Shown here in pieces: positions 44,982 to 54,529 of a stretch of DNA of 64,000 bases. Origin of the DNA: an uncultured virus (IMG/VR IMGVR_UViG_3300009509_000003) (lineage: Duplodnaviria; Heunggongvirae; Uroviricota; Caudoviricetes); the IMG/VR virus record IMGVR_UViG_3300009509_000003; one strand, written 5' to 3'. The notes below the pieces were generated by a model. That model ran no database searches, was not told where the DNA came from, and saw only the letters and a list, made by a program, of their open reading frames with translations. Each line of letters opens with the position of its first letter. Position 1 is the first letter of the stretch. A program made the translations under genes and the position numbers.

Positions 44982-45482
44982 TCACATATAGTAGGTGACG
45001 ACTCCGAACAGAGGCTCGATCGAGAGAACTCCACGACGCTTGCTCAACGCCATGATCCAGCCGCTGTATCGCTTCTTCATCTCTGCGATCATCTTCTCGG
45101 GAAGCAGGGGATCGCTCAGATTGTAATAAATGCCCTCCCAGTCTCCGTCTCCGGCTCGATGCCGCTCCTCTACCCAGGGACGTATGTCATTCGGAATTGC
45201 TATGATCTCCCCGTCTGCTTTCATCGCCGAAAAGAAGCTTTCATCCAGCGCGGGTTCTTCCGTCATACCGCTCGTCAAGTCGTCGAGGCTGGGATAGTAG
45301 TCTCTTTGGGTTTGGGTGCTTTCGATCTCGGAACCGCAGTGAGGGCAGTGTTTGAAATACGGGGACACGTAGTCCGTGCACCTGCGAGGGCACGCCGCTT
45401 TCGTCTCCTCCCGCGATTCCTTCGCGACCTCGATTCTCAGGTACGGTCCGACGTGGGTGTATCTGCTCGATCCCATGGACAC
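44982..45482 (-). CDS. Zinc-ribbon hypothetical protein
   Basis: GGAGG RBS; promoter upstream. Confidence 0.6.
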   Translation of the reverse strand: MSMGSSRYTHVGPYLRIEVAKESREETKAACPRRCTDYVSPYFKHCPHCGSEIESTQTQRDYYPSLDDLTSGMTEEPALDESFFSAMKADGEIIAIPNDIRPWVEERHRAGDGDWEGIYYNLSDPLLPEKMIAEMKKRYSGWIMALSKRRGVLSIEPLFGVVTYYM

Positions 45483-45498
45483 CTCCGATTCCCAGCCT

Positions 45499-45528
45499 TA
45501 CCACATAGTCTGTGATGTGTCAATGGCA
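45499..45528 (-). promoter_or_regulatory. Repeated phage promoter
   Basis: TGCCATTGAC-N10-CTATGTGGTA. Confidence 0.65.
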
Positions 45529-45564
45529 AAGGTGGGAGGCGGGTGGAGGGGATGAAACCACCCC

Positions 45565-46329
45565 GCTCCAATCCCTGCCATACCCTGCCTTTCCAGTCCT
45601 GAGCAATCTCGTCCCACCATGCCTCGACTCGCCTAACCGATCCTGCCAGCCCTTTCCATTCCGTTACCCTCCGAGCCTCTCCATCCTTGCCTGACCAGTC
45701 CTGCCAATCCGTTGCGTGCCGCTGCGAGCCGACCCTGTACACGCCAGGCGTCTCCATAGCACGCCGCGCCTAGCGCTGCCGATCCTGCTAGTCCCCGCCT
45801 TGCCTCCCACACCTCTCCGACCCAGACGTTGCCCCGCCTTTCCGATCCTGCCATTCCTGCCCAATCCGTGCCTCTCCAATCCAGACGTTGCCCCGCCTTT
45901 CCTGCCGAACCATCCCCCGCCTGTCCCCGCGTAACCTTGGCGAGCCTGACCGTGCCAGTCCTGCCAAGCATTGCCGGTCCATTCCTCGATCGTCCCCGCC
46001 ATGCTTGGCCTCGCCGCGCCTATCCTGCCAAGCCGTTCCTAACCCATCCACTCCTCACACGGCCTTGCCATTCCTGCCACTCCAGTCCTCTCCGCTCCAG
46101 CCCACGCCGGCCCAAACCAGTCTGCTCCGCGCCTCGCCGTGCCTTTCCCCTCCTGCCATTCCGAAGCTTTCCCCGACGATCCCCGCCGTACTCCGCCGTG
46201 CCGTGCCACTCCTGCCATTCCCGGCCAGGCCTAGCCTGTACTCGCCGTCCCAATCCTTGCCATTCCTGCCATTCCTCTCCCCGTCCAGTCTCGGCCAATG
46301 CACGCCGCGCCCCCCGTGCCGGTCCTGCC
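45565..46329 (-). repeat. Array of 12 GGCA-(GGN-NN)n pentamer-periodic units (putative guide-RNA array)
   Basis: GCAGGA delimiters spaced 59,54,59,79,49,64,59,54,63,84,58 nt; 5-nt GG periodicity within units. Confidence 0.85.
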
Positions 46330-46333
46330 ATGT

Positions 46334-46852
46334 CTAATTCTGGGGCAAACTCTGGATAGCGGTCTTTGCGGACTGAACTGATACACTCAGACCCGAAAGC
46401 ACGTTTCGGACAGTGGACGACTTCGATCCCTTCGCCGCTCTGAGCAGACGTTGTATCGATTCCTCCAGAGCCTCGAGTTTCGATAGCAGCTCTCCGAGAG
46501 CCAACTGATATTCCGAGCGCACATGGACCAGTCTCTTGACGAACTCATAGCGCCCTTCGTCTTTGGTTCCGCTGGGCACGTGGTAGAACTGCAGGGGTTC
46601 TTGGGTCTTCGGTTCGATGAACACCACGTCACGAATGAGTGTCCTGGCTTGCATCAGCCGGTGCTCATGGGCCGCCAGCTTATCGTTCCAGTTGAACTCA
46701 TGGTGACACGGCGCCGTCGGACTCTTCGACTCCTCGACGAGCATAGAGGCCGTAAACTCTCCGTTCGCTTGCCTGATACGCTCGAACTCGGTCGCGGCGT
46801 CTTCGGCCGAGACCTTGTGGCCCCGGGCTCCCGGTCTATATGTCCACGTCAT
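46334..46852 (-). CDS. Accessory protein between the Cas7-like gene and the array
   Basis: 172 aa; HHEFNWND..AHEHRLMQARTLIR and a C-terminal coiled coil. Confidence 0.75.
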   Translation of the reverse strand: MTWTYRPGARGHKVSAEDAATEFERIRQANGEFTASMLVEESKSPTAPCHHEFNWNDKLAAHEHRLMQARTLIRDVVFIEPKTQEPLQFYHVPSGTKDEGRYEFVKRLVHVRSEYQLALGELLSKLEALEESIQRLLRAAKGSKSSTVRNVLSGLSVSVQSAKTAIQSLPQN

Positions 46853-46863
46853 CAGATCGCCCC

Positions 46864-47586
46864 CTACGCGGCTTTGATGCGGTCCGCTGTCTTCACGATC
46901 TCGAAGGTTCCCCAGCCCATGCCAGTAGATGACTTGGAGTCGTGCCGACCTTCACCGATGCCGACCTGGAGACCCACGCGCATGAGGAGGTTGTAGACGT
47001 CCTCGGGGGTGAACATGTCGCGGTCATAGGTGACGCGAACCACAGCCTCCCATCCGGGATCAAACATCGGGCGCCTGCGAACATCGACTACGCCAGTCGC
47101 GTTGCGCACGATGGCGTCGAAGGGATGAGGTGTTCCCTTCGTGATCCTGATCAGTGGTGCCCCATCGGTCCCGTAGCCGTCAGCTTCGACGAAGAGAGCA
47201 ATCTTCGCCTTGGTCATGTGGAAGCCCACGGTTTTGCATGCCGAGACCAGCGCATTTCGGAAGGACGACGCCGGCATACCGTGCCAGCCTGCCGTCGAGA
47301 CGTGCATCGCGTCTTTGTAGAGAGCGTCGAAGTCCTTCGGCTCTCGGTTCTTCCCCTTCTTCTTCGTGCTCCCAGCTTCCTGCTCTCTGATCATCTGCTC
47401 CAATCCCTTGGGCCCGAAGCGATGCTGCACGTAGGGAGCGGTTCCTCGAATGACCACTGCGACCATCTCCATCTTCGGAGCTGGAATTGTGAGCGTCACT
47501 CCCTTCGCCGTTTTCGAGGCCGCGGCCATCGCCTTTTCGACTGAGGGGTCCTTCGCGGTCAACGGAGCTTTCTTCTTACCTGCCAT
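46864..47586 (-). CDS. Cas7/RAMP-like RNA-binding protein
   Basis: IRGTAPYVQH, GMPASSFRNALV, C-terminal G-rich loop GIGEGR..GMGWGTFEI. Confidence 0.75.
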   Translation of the reverse strand: MAGKKKAPLTAKDPSVEKAMAAASKTAKGVTLTIPAPKMEMVAVVIRGTAPYVQHRFGPKGLEQMIREQEAGSTKKKGKNREPKDFDALYKDAMHVSTAGWHGMPASSFRNALVSACKTVGFHMTKAKIALFVEADGYGTDGAPLIRITKGTPHPFDAIVRNATGVVDVRRRPMFDPGWEAVVRVTYDRDMFTPEDVYNLLMRVGLQVGIGEGRHDSKSSTGMGWGTFEIVKTADRIKAA

Positions 47587-47634
47587 GCTATCGTCCTTTC
47601 ATCCATTCGGGATAATCCCGATCTTTCTCAGTCG

Positions 47635-47660
47635 TACCATATAGCCTGCGGATTGTCAAT
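47635..47660 (-). promoter_or_regulatory. Promoter driving the Cas7-like operon
   Basis: ATTGAC-N10-CTATATGGTA. Confidence 0.65.
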
Positions 47661-47970
47661 ACCACTCCTCTCGCTTTATGGGTGAAAATTTCTCAGCCCT
47701 CTTCGGCCCTTTGTTAGGGAGAACACTTTGTAATACTATGCTCTTGACCGGGCGCTTCCTAGGATTCTCGCAGGACGGGGAGCTACCAGTTGGGGTGGAT
47801 ATACGGCTGCCGCGCCTTCTGTTTCTCCAGCTCCTGGGTGCAGTCGTAGCAGCAAATTTCTTCGCCGATCGCGGGAGGTTCCTTCGACATCAAATATACG
47901 TGGTGCCCGCACTCGAGCCGGGCGTATACGAAGGAGCCCCACGTCCCACTAGCCTGTACTACTTTCTTCT

Positions 47971-48354
47971 TCATCTGAAATCTCGGAGCAGTTGGAGGAA
48001 CCTATCAGCCTCCTTCCGATCCGACTCCTTCTCTTCTTCTGAGAGATCATCATAATCAGTATCGGCCTGTCGTCTCCAACGCATGCGATACTCTTCTCGG
48101 AAAGTGACTCCAGCTCCCGATACAAAGCACTTCGAGAACAAGCACTCCATCCAACCGCTCCACTGCTCATGACAGAGATCGGCTAGGGCTTCTCGAAGCT
48201 CGTCCGAGTCGAGGTCGATGGTGCCGGTTTCCAGCCTCTCTATCTTCTCCTCCAGCTCCCGTATCTCCGCCTTCAGTCCCTCGACGGTACGCTCCTTCGC
48301 CTTCTGAAAGTCCTTCAGCTTCTCGATCTCACGCTCGAATTCTCGCTCACTCAT
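47971..48354 (-). CDS. Hypothetical protein
   Basis: Coiled coil; LCHEQWSGWM..YDDLSEEEKESDR. Confidence 0.6.
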   Translation of the reverse strand: MSEREFEREIEKLKDFQKAKERTVEGLKAEIRELEEKIERLETGTIDLDSDELREALADLCHEQWSGWMECLFSKCFVSGAGVTFREEYRMRWRRQADTDYDDLSEEEKESDRKEADRFLQLLRDFR

Positions 48355-48694
48355 AGGTTTCCTCGAAGGGCGCACAGTAGCACATCCGTCCGTCATAGCA
48401 ACGTCGCTTGAACGGGTCGCGGCGTGGCGTCTTCAAATCTTCCTCGACCACGAGACTCAGCTCGTCGTCGATCCGTACCCTCTCCCAGTCCACCAAAACT
48501 TCCGCCCAGTATCCCAGTGCCGCACCGCAGGCTTTGCAGCACAGGTGCGGCGTGCTCAGCGCATTCGCTCTTGCCTTTAGCTGGTGCACCTCGACCCGAT
48601 ACCAGCGAAGCTCGGCCGGTCTCCCGCAGTACATACATTCCTTCTTCCCCCGATAGGGTCGAAGAAGCCATCGTCCACTTTCCAGTCCTTCCAT
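48347..48694 (-). CDS. Hypothetical Cys-rich protein
   Basis: Coupled ORF. Confidence 0.5.
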   Translation of the reverse strand: MEGLESGRWLLRPYRGKKECMYCGRPAELRWYRVEVHQLKARANALSTPHLCCKACGAALGYWAEVLVDWERVRIDDELSLVVEEDLKTPRRDPFKRRCYDGRMCYCAPFEETYE

Positions 48695-49933
48695 TCAGTC
48701 CTCCCGATGTCTCCCACGGGCGACATTCCTCTCCGCCCATGCCGCTCTCAGACGCGCACGCGCGATCTCGGCTGATTCTTGCTCCACTTCAATGCCGATG
48801 AAAAATCGACCTTCCATTATGCAGGCCACCCCGGTCGACCCGCTTCCGCAGAACGGATCGAGCACTACGCCGCCGGTCGGTGTCGAGGTCAGTCGGACGA
48901 GCCAGCGCATCAAACTCAGGGGCTTCACCGTCGGATGAGGATTCTCGACGGTGTTGTTCGCGGTGCGTTCTCGACGGGACGCCTTGGCGCAGTAAAAAAA
49001 TCGCGACGCTCCTCCCCTGTCTTTGTACATGGGGGCATTTGGCTGCTTTGTTCCCTTGTCGTGATTCACATCGCCAAAACCGCTCGGACGCCGACCCTCG
49101 CCTGCTCCGCGCATTCCTCCCGATTGAAGCGACCCGCTCTGCTCATCGAGGAGTTTCCCAGTTACTTCGTCCAGCACGACGTTTGCTGGCCACCTTCCTT
49201 TGGCCAACGAGCGGTCGATGCTCGTGGTCTTGTTAGCGTGTTGGTTCCATCCTGACCCCTGCCCCAAAGCCGTGCTGCCGGAAATGCTCCCTCCTTTGGA
49301 AGGGCCTCCCATGATTCGAGCCCCGTCGATGTTCAGGCCAGCTACTCCATGCTTCAGGGCGTTCTCGGCGAAGGTCCCGTCAAGAGGCTTCATCGCCAAC
49401 ACGATCGGCTCTACCGCGGGCTTGAGCGCGGTGCCCCATCCCTCCCACTGCTTGGCTTCATCGGTAGCTGATGCTGTCAGAACAGTCACCGCTTCTCGGT
49501 CGTGTTGCTTGTGCCCTCCAATCAACCGTCCCCCTGTCATGTTCACGGTTCTTCCAATGGTGTTAGGATTGGGCCCGACAACCTTGCGCTCGGCCCCGGC
49601 TGCTTTGTCGATAGCCTTCGAGATGTCGAGTGACTTGGGGAAGCCCTGCCCGTAGAGCCACATGAGGCAATCTCTCAACTCGAACCCCGCGTCTTCGATC
49701 GCGCACATCAGCCGATGGTGCGTTTTGGTTCCTCCGAAGGCCAACAGCGACCCGCCCGGCTTCAGTACCCGCAGCACTTCTCGCCAATAAGGTTCGCCGG
49801 GAACGCCGTGGTCCCACCCCTTCCCCATGAAGCTCAGTCCATAGGGAGGGTCGGTCACGCACGTATCCACAGAACCTTCTTCCATCCTCGAAAGCAGCTC
49901 GCCCGCGTCGCCCGTCTCTATTCTCCAGACCAT
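48695..49933 (-). CDS. DNA N6-adenine/N4-cytosine methyltransferase (beta class)
   Basis: VTDPPYG, HPTVKP, LDPFCGSGSTG. Confidence 0.92.
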   Translation of the reverse strand: MVWRIETGDAGELLSRMEEGSVDTCVTDPPYGLSFMGKGWDHGVPGEPYWREVLRVLKPGGSLLAFGGTKTHHRLMCAIEDAGFELRDCLMWLYGQGFPKSLDISKAIDKAAGAERKVVGPNPNTIGRTVNMTGGRLIGGHKQHDREAVTVLTASATDEAKQWEGWGTALKPAVEPIVLAMKPLDGTFAENALKHGVAGLNIDGARIMGGPSKGGSISGSTALGQGSGWNQHANKTTSIDRSLAKGRWPANVVLDEVTGKLLDEQSGSLQSGGMRGAGEGRRPSGFGDVNHDKGTKQPNAPMYKDRGGASRFFYCAKASRRERTANNTVENPHPTVKPLSLMRWLVRLTSTPTGGVVLDPFCGSGSTGVACIMEGRFFIGIEVEQESAEIARARLRAAWAERNVARGRHRED

Positions 49934-49964
49934 CCGACTCTTCTATCAGGGGGTGCGGGGGAAG

Positions 49965-50156
49965 TCAACTATGCTCTTGACCGGACCTTCTGTGGTTTCT
50001 GGGGTGGGATGCGAGGTACGCCGCCAGTGCCTGACGCACTGTCTCCGCAATCGGCTGGCCGATCTCGAAACTATATGCCCGTAGCTCTTCGTATTGCGCG
50101 CGTTCGATCTTCGCAAACAATGTCACAGCTTCCTTCATCTTCTTCGGTGGTGCCAT
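49965..50156 (-). CDS. Putative ribbon-helix-helix regulator
   Basis: Beta strand followed by IAETVRQALAAYL. Confidence 0.5.
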   Translation of the reverse strand: MAPPKKMKEAVTLFAKIERAQYEELRAYSFEIGQPIAETVRQALAAYLASHPRNHRRSGQEHS

Positions 50157-50756
50157 GCCCGAACCCTACCACAGCAGAGTGATGATAGCAATAGTGCTAT
50201 TGCTATTGATTGACCACCTCAACACGCTCTGACATCGGGCCCCCCGCAAACTCCAGCGAGGTCAACGAAGCGGAGAAGGTGGACCTCGTGATGACCCGCC
50301 CCGGGGGGAAGACCGCCTAGGAGTTTTCCCTTTACGCCGTCAATGAATAGCGGGCTAGATCGAGATCACGATCTATCAATGAATAGCGGGACTTCGTGGC
50401 CTGTCTCCATTCATCAACAAATAGTGGGGTGTTGGGGGCGCTGTGTAGGCGTCCCGTCTGGCGGGCGCGGGGGCGGCCTAGTTTTCGTAGGCCAGGCGCT
50501 CGAGTCGAACGCGCAGCGTCTGCTCCTCATGCACCAACCGACCTAGCTCGGAAGCCATGTCGAGTCGGCGCTTCTTGATCGCGTCGAGTCGGTCGACGAT
50601 CTCGGCGCGCACCTTCGCAATCGTTGGGGAGTGCCCGCATACGCATGGTGTCTGTGCCATCACATCACCTCTACCACATAGTATAAAGGGGACCGTGGAA
50701 GTTTTCCAATTAGATCGTGTAGTGGAGGTGGGTCATCTATAATTTGTACTTCAATT

Positions 50757-51326
50757 CTATAGCTTCGAGTTGGACTTCCATCGTGCCTCGTGCTCCTCTT
50801 GGGTGAGTAGCTGTATGTTGTCGGGGCGGAAATTCCATCTGTTCTTGTCCTTCATGTATACGTAAGTGTTGGACACTCCAGCTATTATCCGGCACCATCG
50901 ATAGTACGTGTCGCCGATCCGAATTGCGATGTCGCCGTTAGACTCGAGCTTCAACGATGGAGTGTACCCTCCGCACTTGGGACAAAGCCCACGCTGAAAC
51001 GATACCCGATCACATATCCCGCAGCGGTAAAGATCGAACCGAGGCCACCTGTTCCTCCAGTCTTCAGCAGCTCTGTCGCCAAGGAGTTTTCCTATGTGTT
51101 CGGCGCCTTCGTTCTCCGTCAGCTTCTTTGATCGCTTTCTAAACCTGGACGCGGCGTATCGAGCTATCCCAGCAATAGTGCTGAACTTGTCTCTGTTGCA
51201 GTAGACAGCGGGCATCCCAATACCCAGCTCTTTCGACGCCTCTTCCAACGTGATCTTCAAGCGCGCCGATCCTCGCTCCCGGTGCCGTGACATCGCGTTC
51301 CTCGGGTCGTTCGGGTGATCGCCCAT
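50757..51326 (-). CDS. Putative DNA-binding protein (HTH, zinc ribbon, degenerate HNH)
   Basis: TLEEASKELGI; CGIC..CPKCG; KDKNRWNFRPDNI. Confidence 0.6.
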   Translation of the reverse strand: MGDHPNDPRNAMSRHRERGSARLKITLEEASKELGIGMPAVYCNRDKFSTIAGIARYAASRFRKRSKKLTENEGAEHIGKLLGDRAAEDWRNRWPRFDLYRCGICDRVSFQRGLCPKCGGYTPSLKLESNGDIAIRIGDTYYRWCRIIAGVSNTYVYMKDKNRWNFRPDNIQLLTQEEHEARWKSNSKL

Positions 51327-51978
51327 TCCGCTACCTCCTTGGTATAGAACTGTACTTCATTTCTAACACTCGTGGCAAGGAGCAGCTCGGGGAAAACTCC
51401 CTATAGACCCAGGGGCTCGATCAAAGGCAAAACCGAAACGCTCTCGAGGCGTTGCGCTGCAACCCGGCCTCCAAATAGACCAAAATCAAAGCCCCTCCCA
51501 GCAGCCCACTAATCCCGATCTATAAGGCTATTCATTGACAGATCGAAACAGCACCCCTGGCATGGGCCTAGAACGGCGCTGAAAACTCCATTGTACGTGG
51601 GGCACACCAAAAGGGGGATTTGCCGTTACTCATAATGGCCGCTCTTTAGGGGGCCTTTTGAGGGAGTTTGATCGCTCTAAGTGATGGAAAACTCCCGGGA
51701 AAGCGGGAAAAACGGGTGCGACCATTCGGTCGCTGTAGAGGGTTCTCGTGAGGATGTTGGAAGGTAAGGCCTGGATGTTGGAAGAAGCGGGTTTAGTGAT
51801 GGACGTAGATCATAGAGAGTGTGTTCTGGATGAGTGTCAGGGGTTGAGAGACGGTTCTCTGTACCTTAGTTGACTTTTGACCTAGGGGGCTAGGGCTTTG
51901 GATCTTCTGAAGAGCGACCATTCGGTCGTAGGGTATCGGGCGCTTTGAGGGCGTCGACGAGAAGGCTGATTGCTGACG
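51327..51978. other. Long non-coding region (candidate origin or genome terminus)
   Basis: No ORFs, purine/pyrimidine-skewed halves, inverted copies of repeated motifs. Confidence 0.45.
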
Positions 51979-52467
51979 CTAGGCGGGGGCTTGTAGGAGT
52001 TTTCTGATGAGGCTCGATGCCTGGGCTATGGGCACGGGACGGCTCTTGGGGACCGGGTAGGGGTCCGGCTTGGGGAAGGCCCAGCGATCTTTGATGGCTT
52101 GCTCCGCTGCTTTGATGCGGCCGAGAACATCGTCAGGAACCCGCTCTGAGGGGTCTAGAAGCGTCTCTTCGTCTTCCAGGGGGTCGATACGGCCTACGGG
52201 CTCTAGTGAGCCTGAGAGAGCGTCCTCGATGAAACAGAGCACCTGTGGGCGAGGGGCGTACCACGTGCCCCGTAGATGCCATGGGCCGAGCGTGTCGTAC
52301 CACCACTTGAGAGGGTAAAGCCTCGAGTCCACCTTGCCCATGAAGGCTAGCTCGTTGGGATTGCCCGCCTGAGCTAGAGCAAGTAGGTGAGAGGGAACAG
52401 GATCTTCGGCGATCAGAATGGGGCTGGTGTTGTCTCCCTTCACCCGTATGAAGCAGACGAAGCTCAT
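51979..52467 (-). CDS. T5orf172/GIY-YIG-like protein
   Basis: LALAQAGNPNEL..HLRGTWY. Confidence 0.45.
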   Translation of the reverse strand: MSFVCFIRVKGDNTSPILIAEDPVPSHLLALAQAGNPNELAFMGKVDSRLYPLKWWYDTLGPWHLRGTWYAPRPQVLCFIEDALSGSLEPVGRIDPLEDEETLLDPSERVPDDVLGRIKAAEQAIKDRWAFPKPDPYPVPKSRPVPIAQASSLIRKLLQAPA

Positions 52468-52515
52468 GCCTTTGTTATAGCATATTTAGAAGGATGGCGG
52501 GAGTTTTCCGGCGAC

Positions 52516-53154
52516 TCAGAGGTTGAGCGCGTCGTAGAGGTCGGCGTGATCGAACTCCAAGTCGTCAACATCAACACCGAGAGCATCAGCGGCGGCTTGA
52601 CGCAGCAAGTCGTTGGCGATGTCTCGCGGCTCGGTGTCTCGTGCTCCGTAATTCTGGTACTTCGTCAATAGCTTGGATACGGCTCTGCGAGCCTTGTTTC
52701 CGGCATCCTCTTCGTCGTGACGTGCTTTCAGCTCTCTTTTCAGCGTCGCGAAGATACGTCTCATCCCAGAAGTGAGAGCCTTTGCTGCTTTGGCCGCCCC
52801 CGGCTCGTCGTATAGCTGCCACTCGTCGGCGTTGTTCGGATAGTCGATCATCTCGCCGAGGAAGTTTTCCTCGACCACTTCTACCGACTCCGCCTTGCCA
52901 GCCTGATCGATCAGCTCTTCGCGAGCCTTCTTCGCTCCGGGGAACTTCATGAGATGGGATGTCGGCTGACCTTGAATCACCGCCCGAAGAAAGGCGCGGT
53001 AGTGCAAGTCCTCTTGTCCTTTGCCGGTGTTCGCTTTGAGCAACTTCGCGGCCACCTGCTTGAAGTCCAGACCCTTGAAGTCCATACCGGCCGCTGCCTC
53101 TGACTGAAGGTCTGCTTCTAGAAGCTCGCCGCTTTGAGTACGATAGATGGTCAT
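52516..53154 (-). CDS. Hypothetical protein
   Basis: GGAGG RBS, 212 aa. Confidence 0.65.
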   Translation of the reverse strand: MTIYRTQSGELLEADLQSEAAAGMDFKGLDFKQVAAKLLKANTGKGQEDLHYRAFLRAVIQGQPTSHLMKFPGAKKAREELIDQAGKAESVEVVEENFLGEMIDYPNNADEWQLYDEPGAAKAAKALTSGMRRIFATLKRELKARHDEEDAGNKARRAVSKLLTKYQNYGARDTEPRDIANDLLRQAAADALGVDVDDLEFDHADLYDALNL

Positions 53155-53267
53155 GTTCGATCCTCCGATGAGAGTGTTGTATCACAAGGGGTAGGGAGTT
53201 TTCCACTCCAGCCGTCCGCGCAGACACATCGACAGCTCCTTCGACTCCCTGATCGCCCGTATCAAGG

Positions 53268-53657
53268 TCATCGACCCAACCTCTTGATCCGCTGCTCGTG
53301 GACTTCGATCTGTTGCTTCTGAACTTCAATATCGTGCTGCAACTCCTCCGCCTCCCCCATAAGGCTGCACGTCGAGATAATGAGCCCTACGATCGCGATC
53401 AATATACCGACCGAGAGCCCGAGCGCGTGCGTCAGATACCGCATCGCCTGCTTTCTCATGGCGTACTCGGCATTGCTCAACGTGAGGCCAACGTCCTCTT
53501 TCAGCCGATACACGTCCTTTCTCAATGACTCGATCTCGGATGAGTGCTCGTCGAGGGTTGTCGCGATAGACAGCTCGGGTTGACGGTACGTCGCCGCTTC
53601 TTTCTTCAACAGGTTCATGGCTTTGGCCGTTGGAAACACTCGTCTATTGTCTGTCAT
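53268..53657 (-). CDS. Membrane protein with coiled coils
   Basis: One TM segment. Confidence 0.6.
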   Translation of the reverse strand: MTDNRRVFPTAKAMNLLKKEAATYRQPELSIATTLDEHSSEIESLRKDVYRLKEDVGLTLSNAEYAMRKQAMRYLTHALGLSVGILIAIVGLIISTCSLMGEAEELQHDIEVQKQQIEVHEQRIKRLGR

Positions 53658-53998
53658 GCTTCGTCACTGCTCCGATGATGGAGTTTTCCAGGTGATAGCG
53701 TGAACGTGTGATCCCGAGTTCGGATGATTGTCGCGTCGACATAGGGGTAGCCCGGCGACTCTCCTTTCACTATCCGGCGATTCACCACCTCCGTTGGAGC
53801 GTCAATGCGATTCAGCGCGTTACAGCATGGGCAGGTGAAAACCACATGATCCCACGCCACGTCGCCGCAAGGCTCGATACCCCGATAACGGGACAGGTCG
53901 CTCTCCTCAACCTCCAACACCGACGTGCAGTCGCCGCAGGTGCATCGCCTGACCCACTTCGGGGGAATGGTCTTCTCTCTCTTCCGAATGACCTTCAT
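53654..53998 (-). CDS. Zinc-ribbon protein
   Basis: CGDC..CPCC. Confidence 0.55.
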   Translation of the reverse strand: MKVIRKREKTIPPKWVRRCTCGDCTSVLEVEESDLSRYRGIEPCGDVAWDHVVFTCPCCNALNRIDAPTEVVNRRIVKGESPGYPYVDATIIRTRDHTFTLSPGKLHHRSSDEA

Positions 53999-54001
53999 CC
54001 T

Positions 54002-54529
54002 TCACTCCGAGTTTTCCTCATCCCACTCATCCATCCAATCAGGATCGACACATCGCCGCGCTTTGTCGATAATGCGCCAACCCAGGTACCCGGAATCGTG
54101 TCGTTCTGATCTCAATATGGATTCCGGGTTTCGCCTCATAGATGCTCGCCGCACCATTCTTACAACATCAAATGAAGGCAACAGATAGCTCTTCAGCTTC
54201 TTGTCCCAAACCCCGTCCGACAACTCCATCAGCTCTTTGTACGGGTAGGTGTTGCCGAACAGAATCAACCCCTCGTCGATGCGTCGCTTTCTCTCTTTCA
54301 GCCACGGGTTGCGTGGAAGTCGTGGTTTACCATGCACAAAATACTCCCAAACCCACGAATCCCATAAACACACCTCTCTCCAAAACATCTTGAGCGATTT
54401 CTGATCTTCCGGGTGGAGGTTATTGAACCCCCGCTCTTCCCAACCGCTCAATCCGAACCGCCCTTCATGGAGTTTTCTCCTCGTGCGCTCCGAGCGCCCA
54501 GAAGATGGCTCTGTCAACAACGCCTCCAT
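54002..54529 (-). CDS. Hypothetical protein
   Basis: GNTYPYKELM..GVWD. Confidence 0.55.
   Translation of the reverse strand: MEALLTEPSSGRSERTRRKLHEGRFGLSGWEERGFNNLHPEDQKSLKMFWREVCLWDSWVWEYFVHGKPRLPRNPWLKERKRRIDEGLILFGNTYPYKELMELSDGVWDKKLKSYLLPSFDVVRMVRRASMRRNPESILRSERHDSGYLGWRIIDKARRCVDPDWMDEWDEENSE

Noticed and set aside
45565..46329. Canonical CRISPR array or simple microsatellite
   Set aside because: There is no 25-40 nt constant repeat with unique spacers. Variation is confined to defined pentamer positions and units are punctuated by GGCA, unlike slippage repeats.
45437..46359. Several Gly/Arg/Trp- or Pro-rich ORFs across the pentamer array
   Set aside because: A 5-nt period is incompatible with codon structure; these ORFs are by-products of a stop-poor GG-rich repeat.
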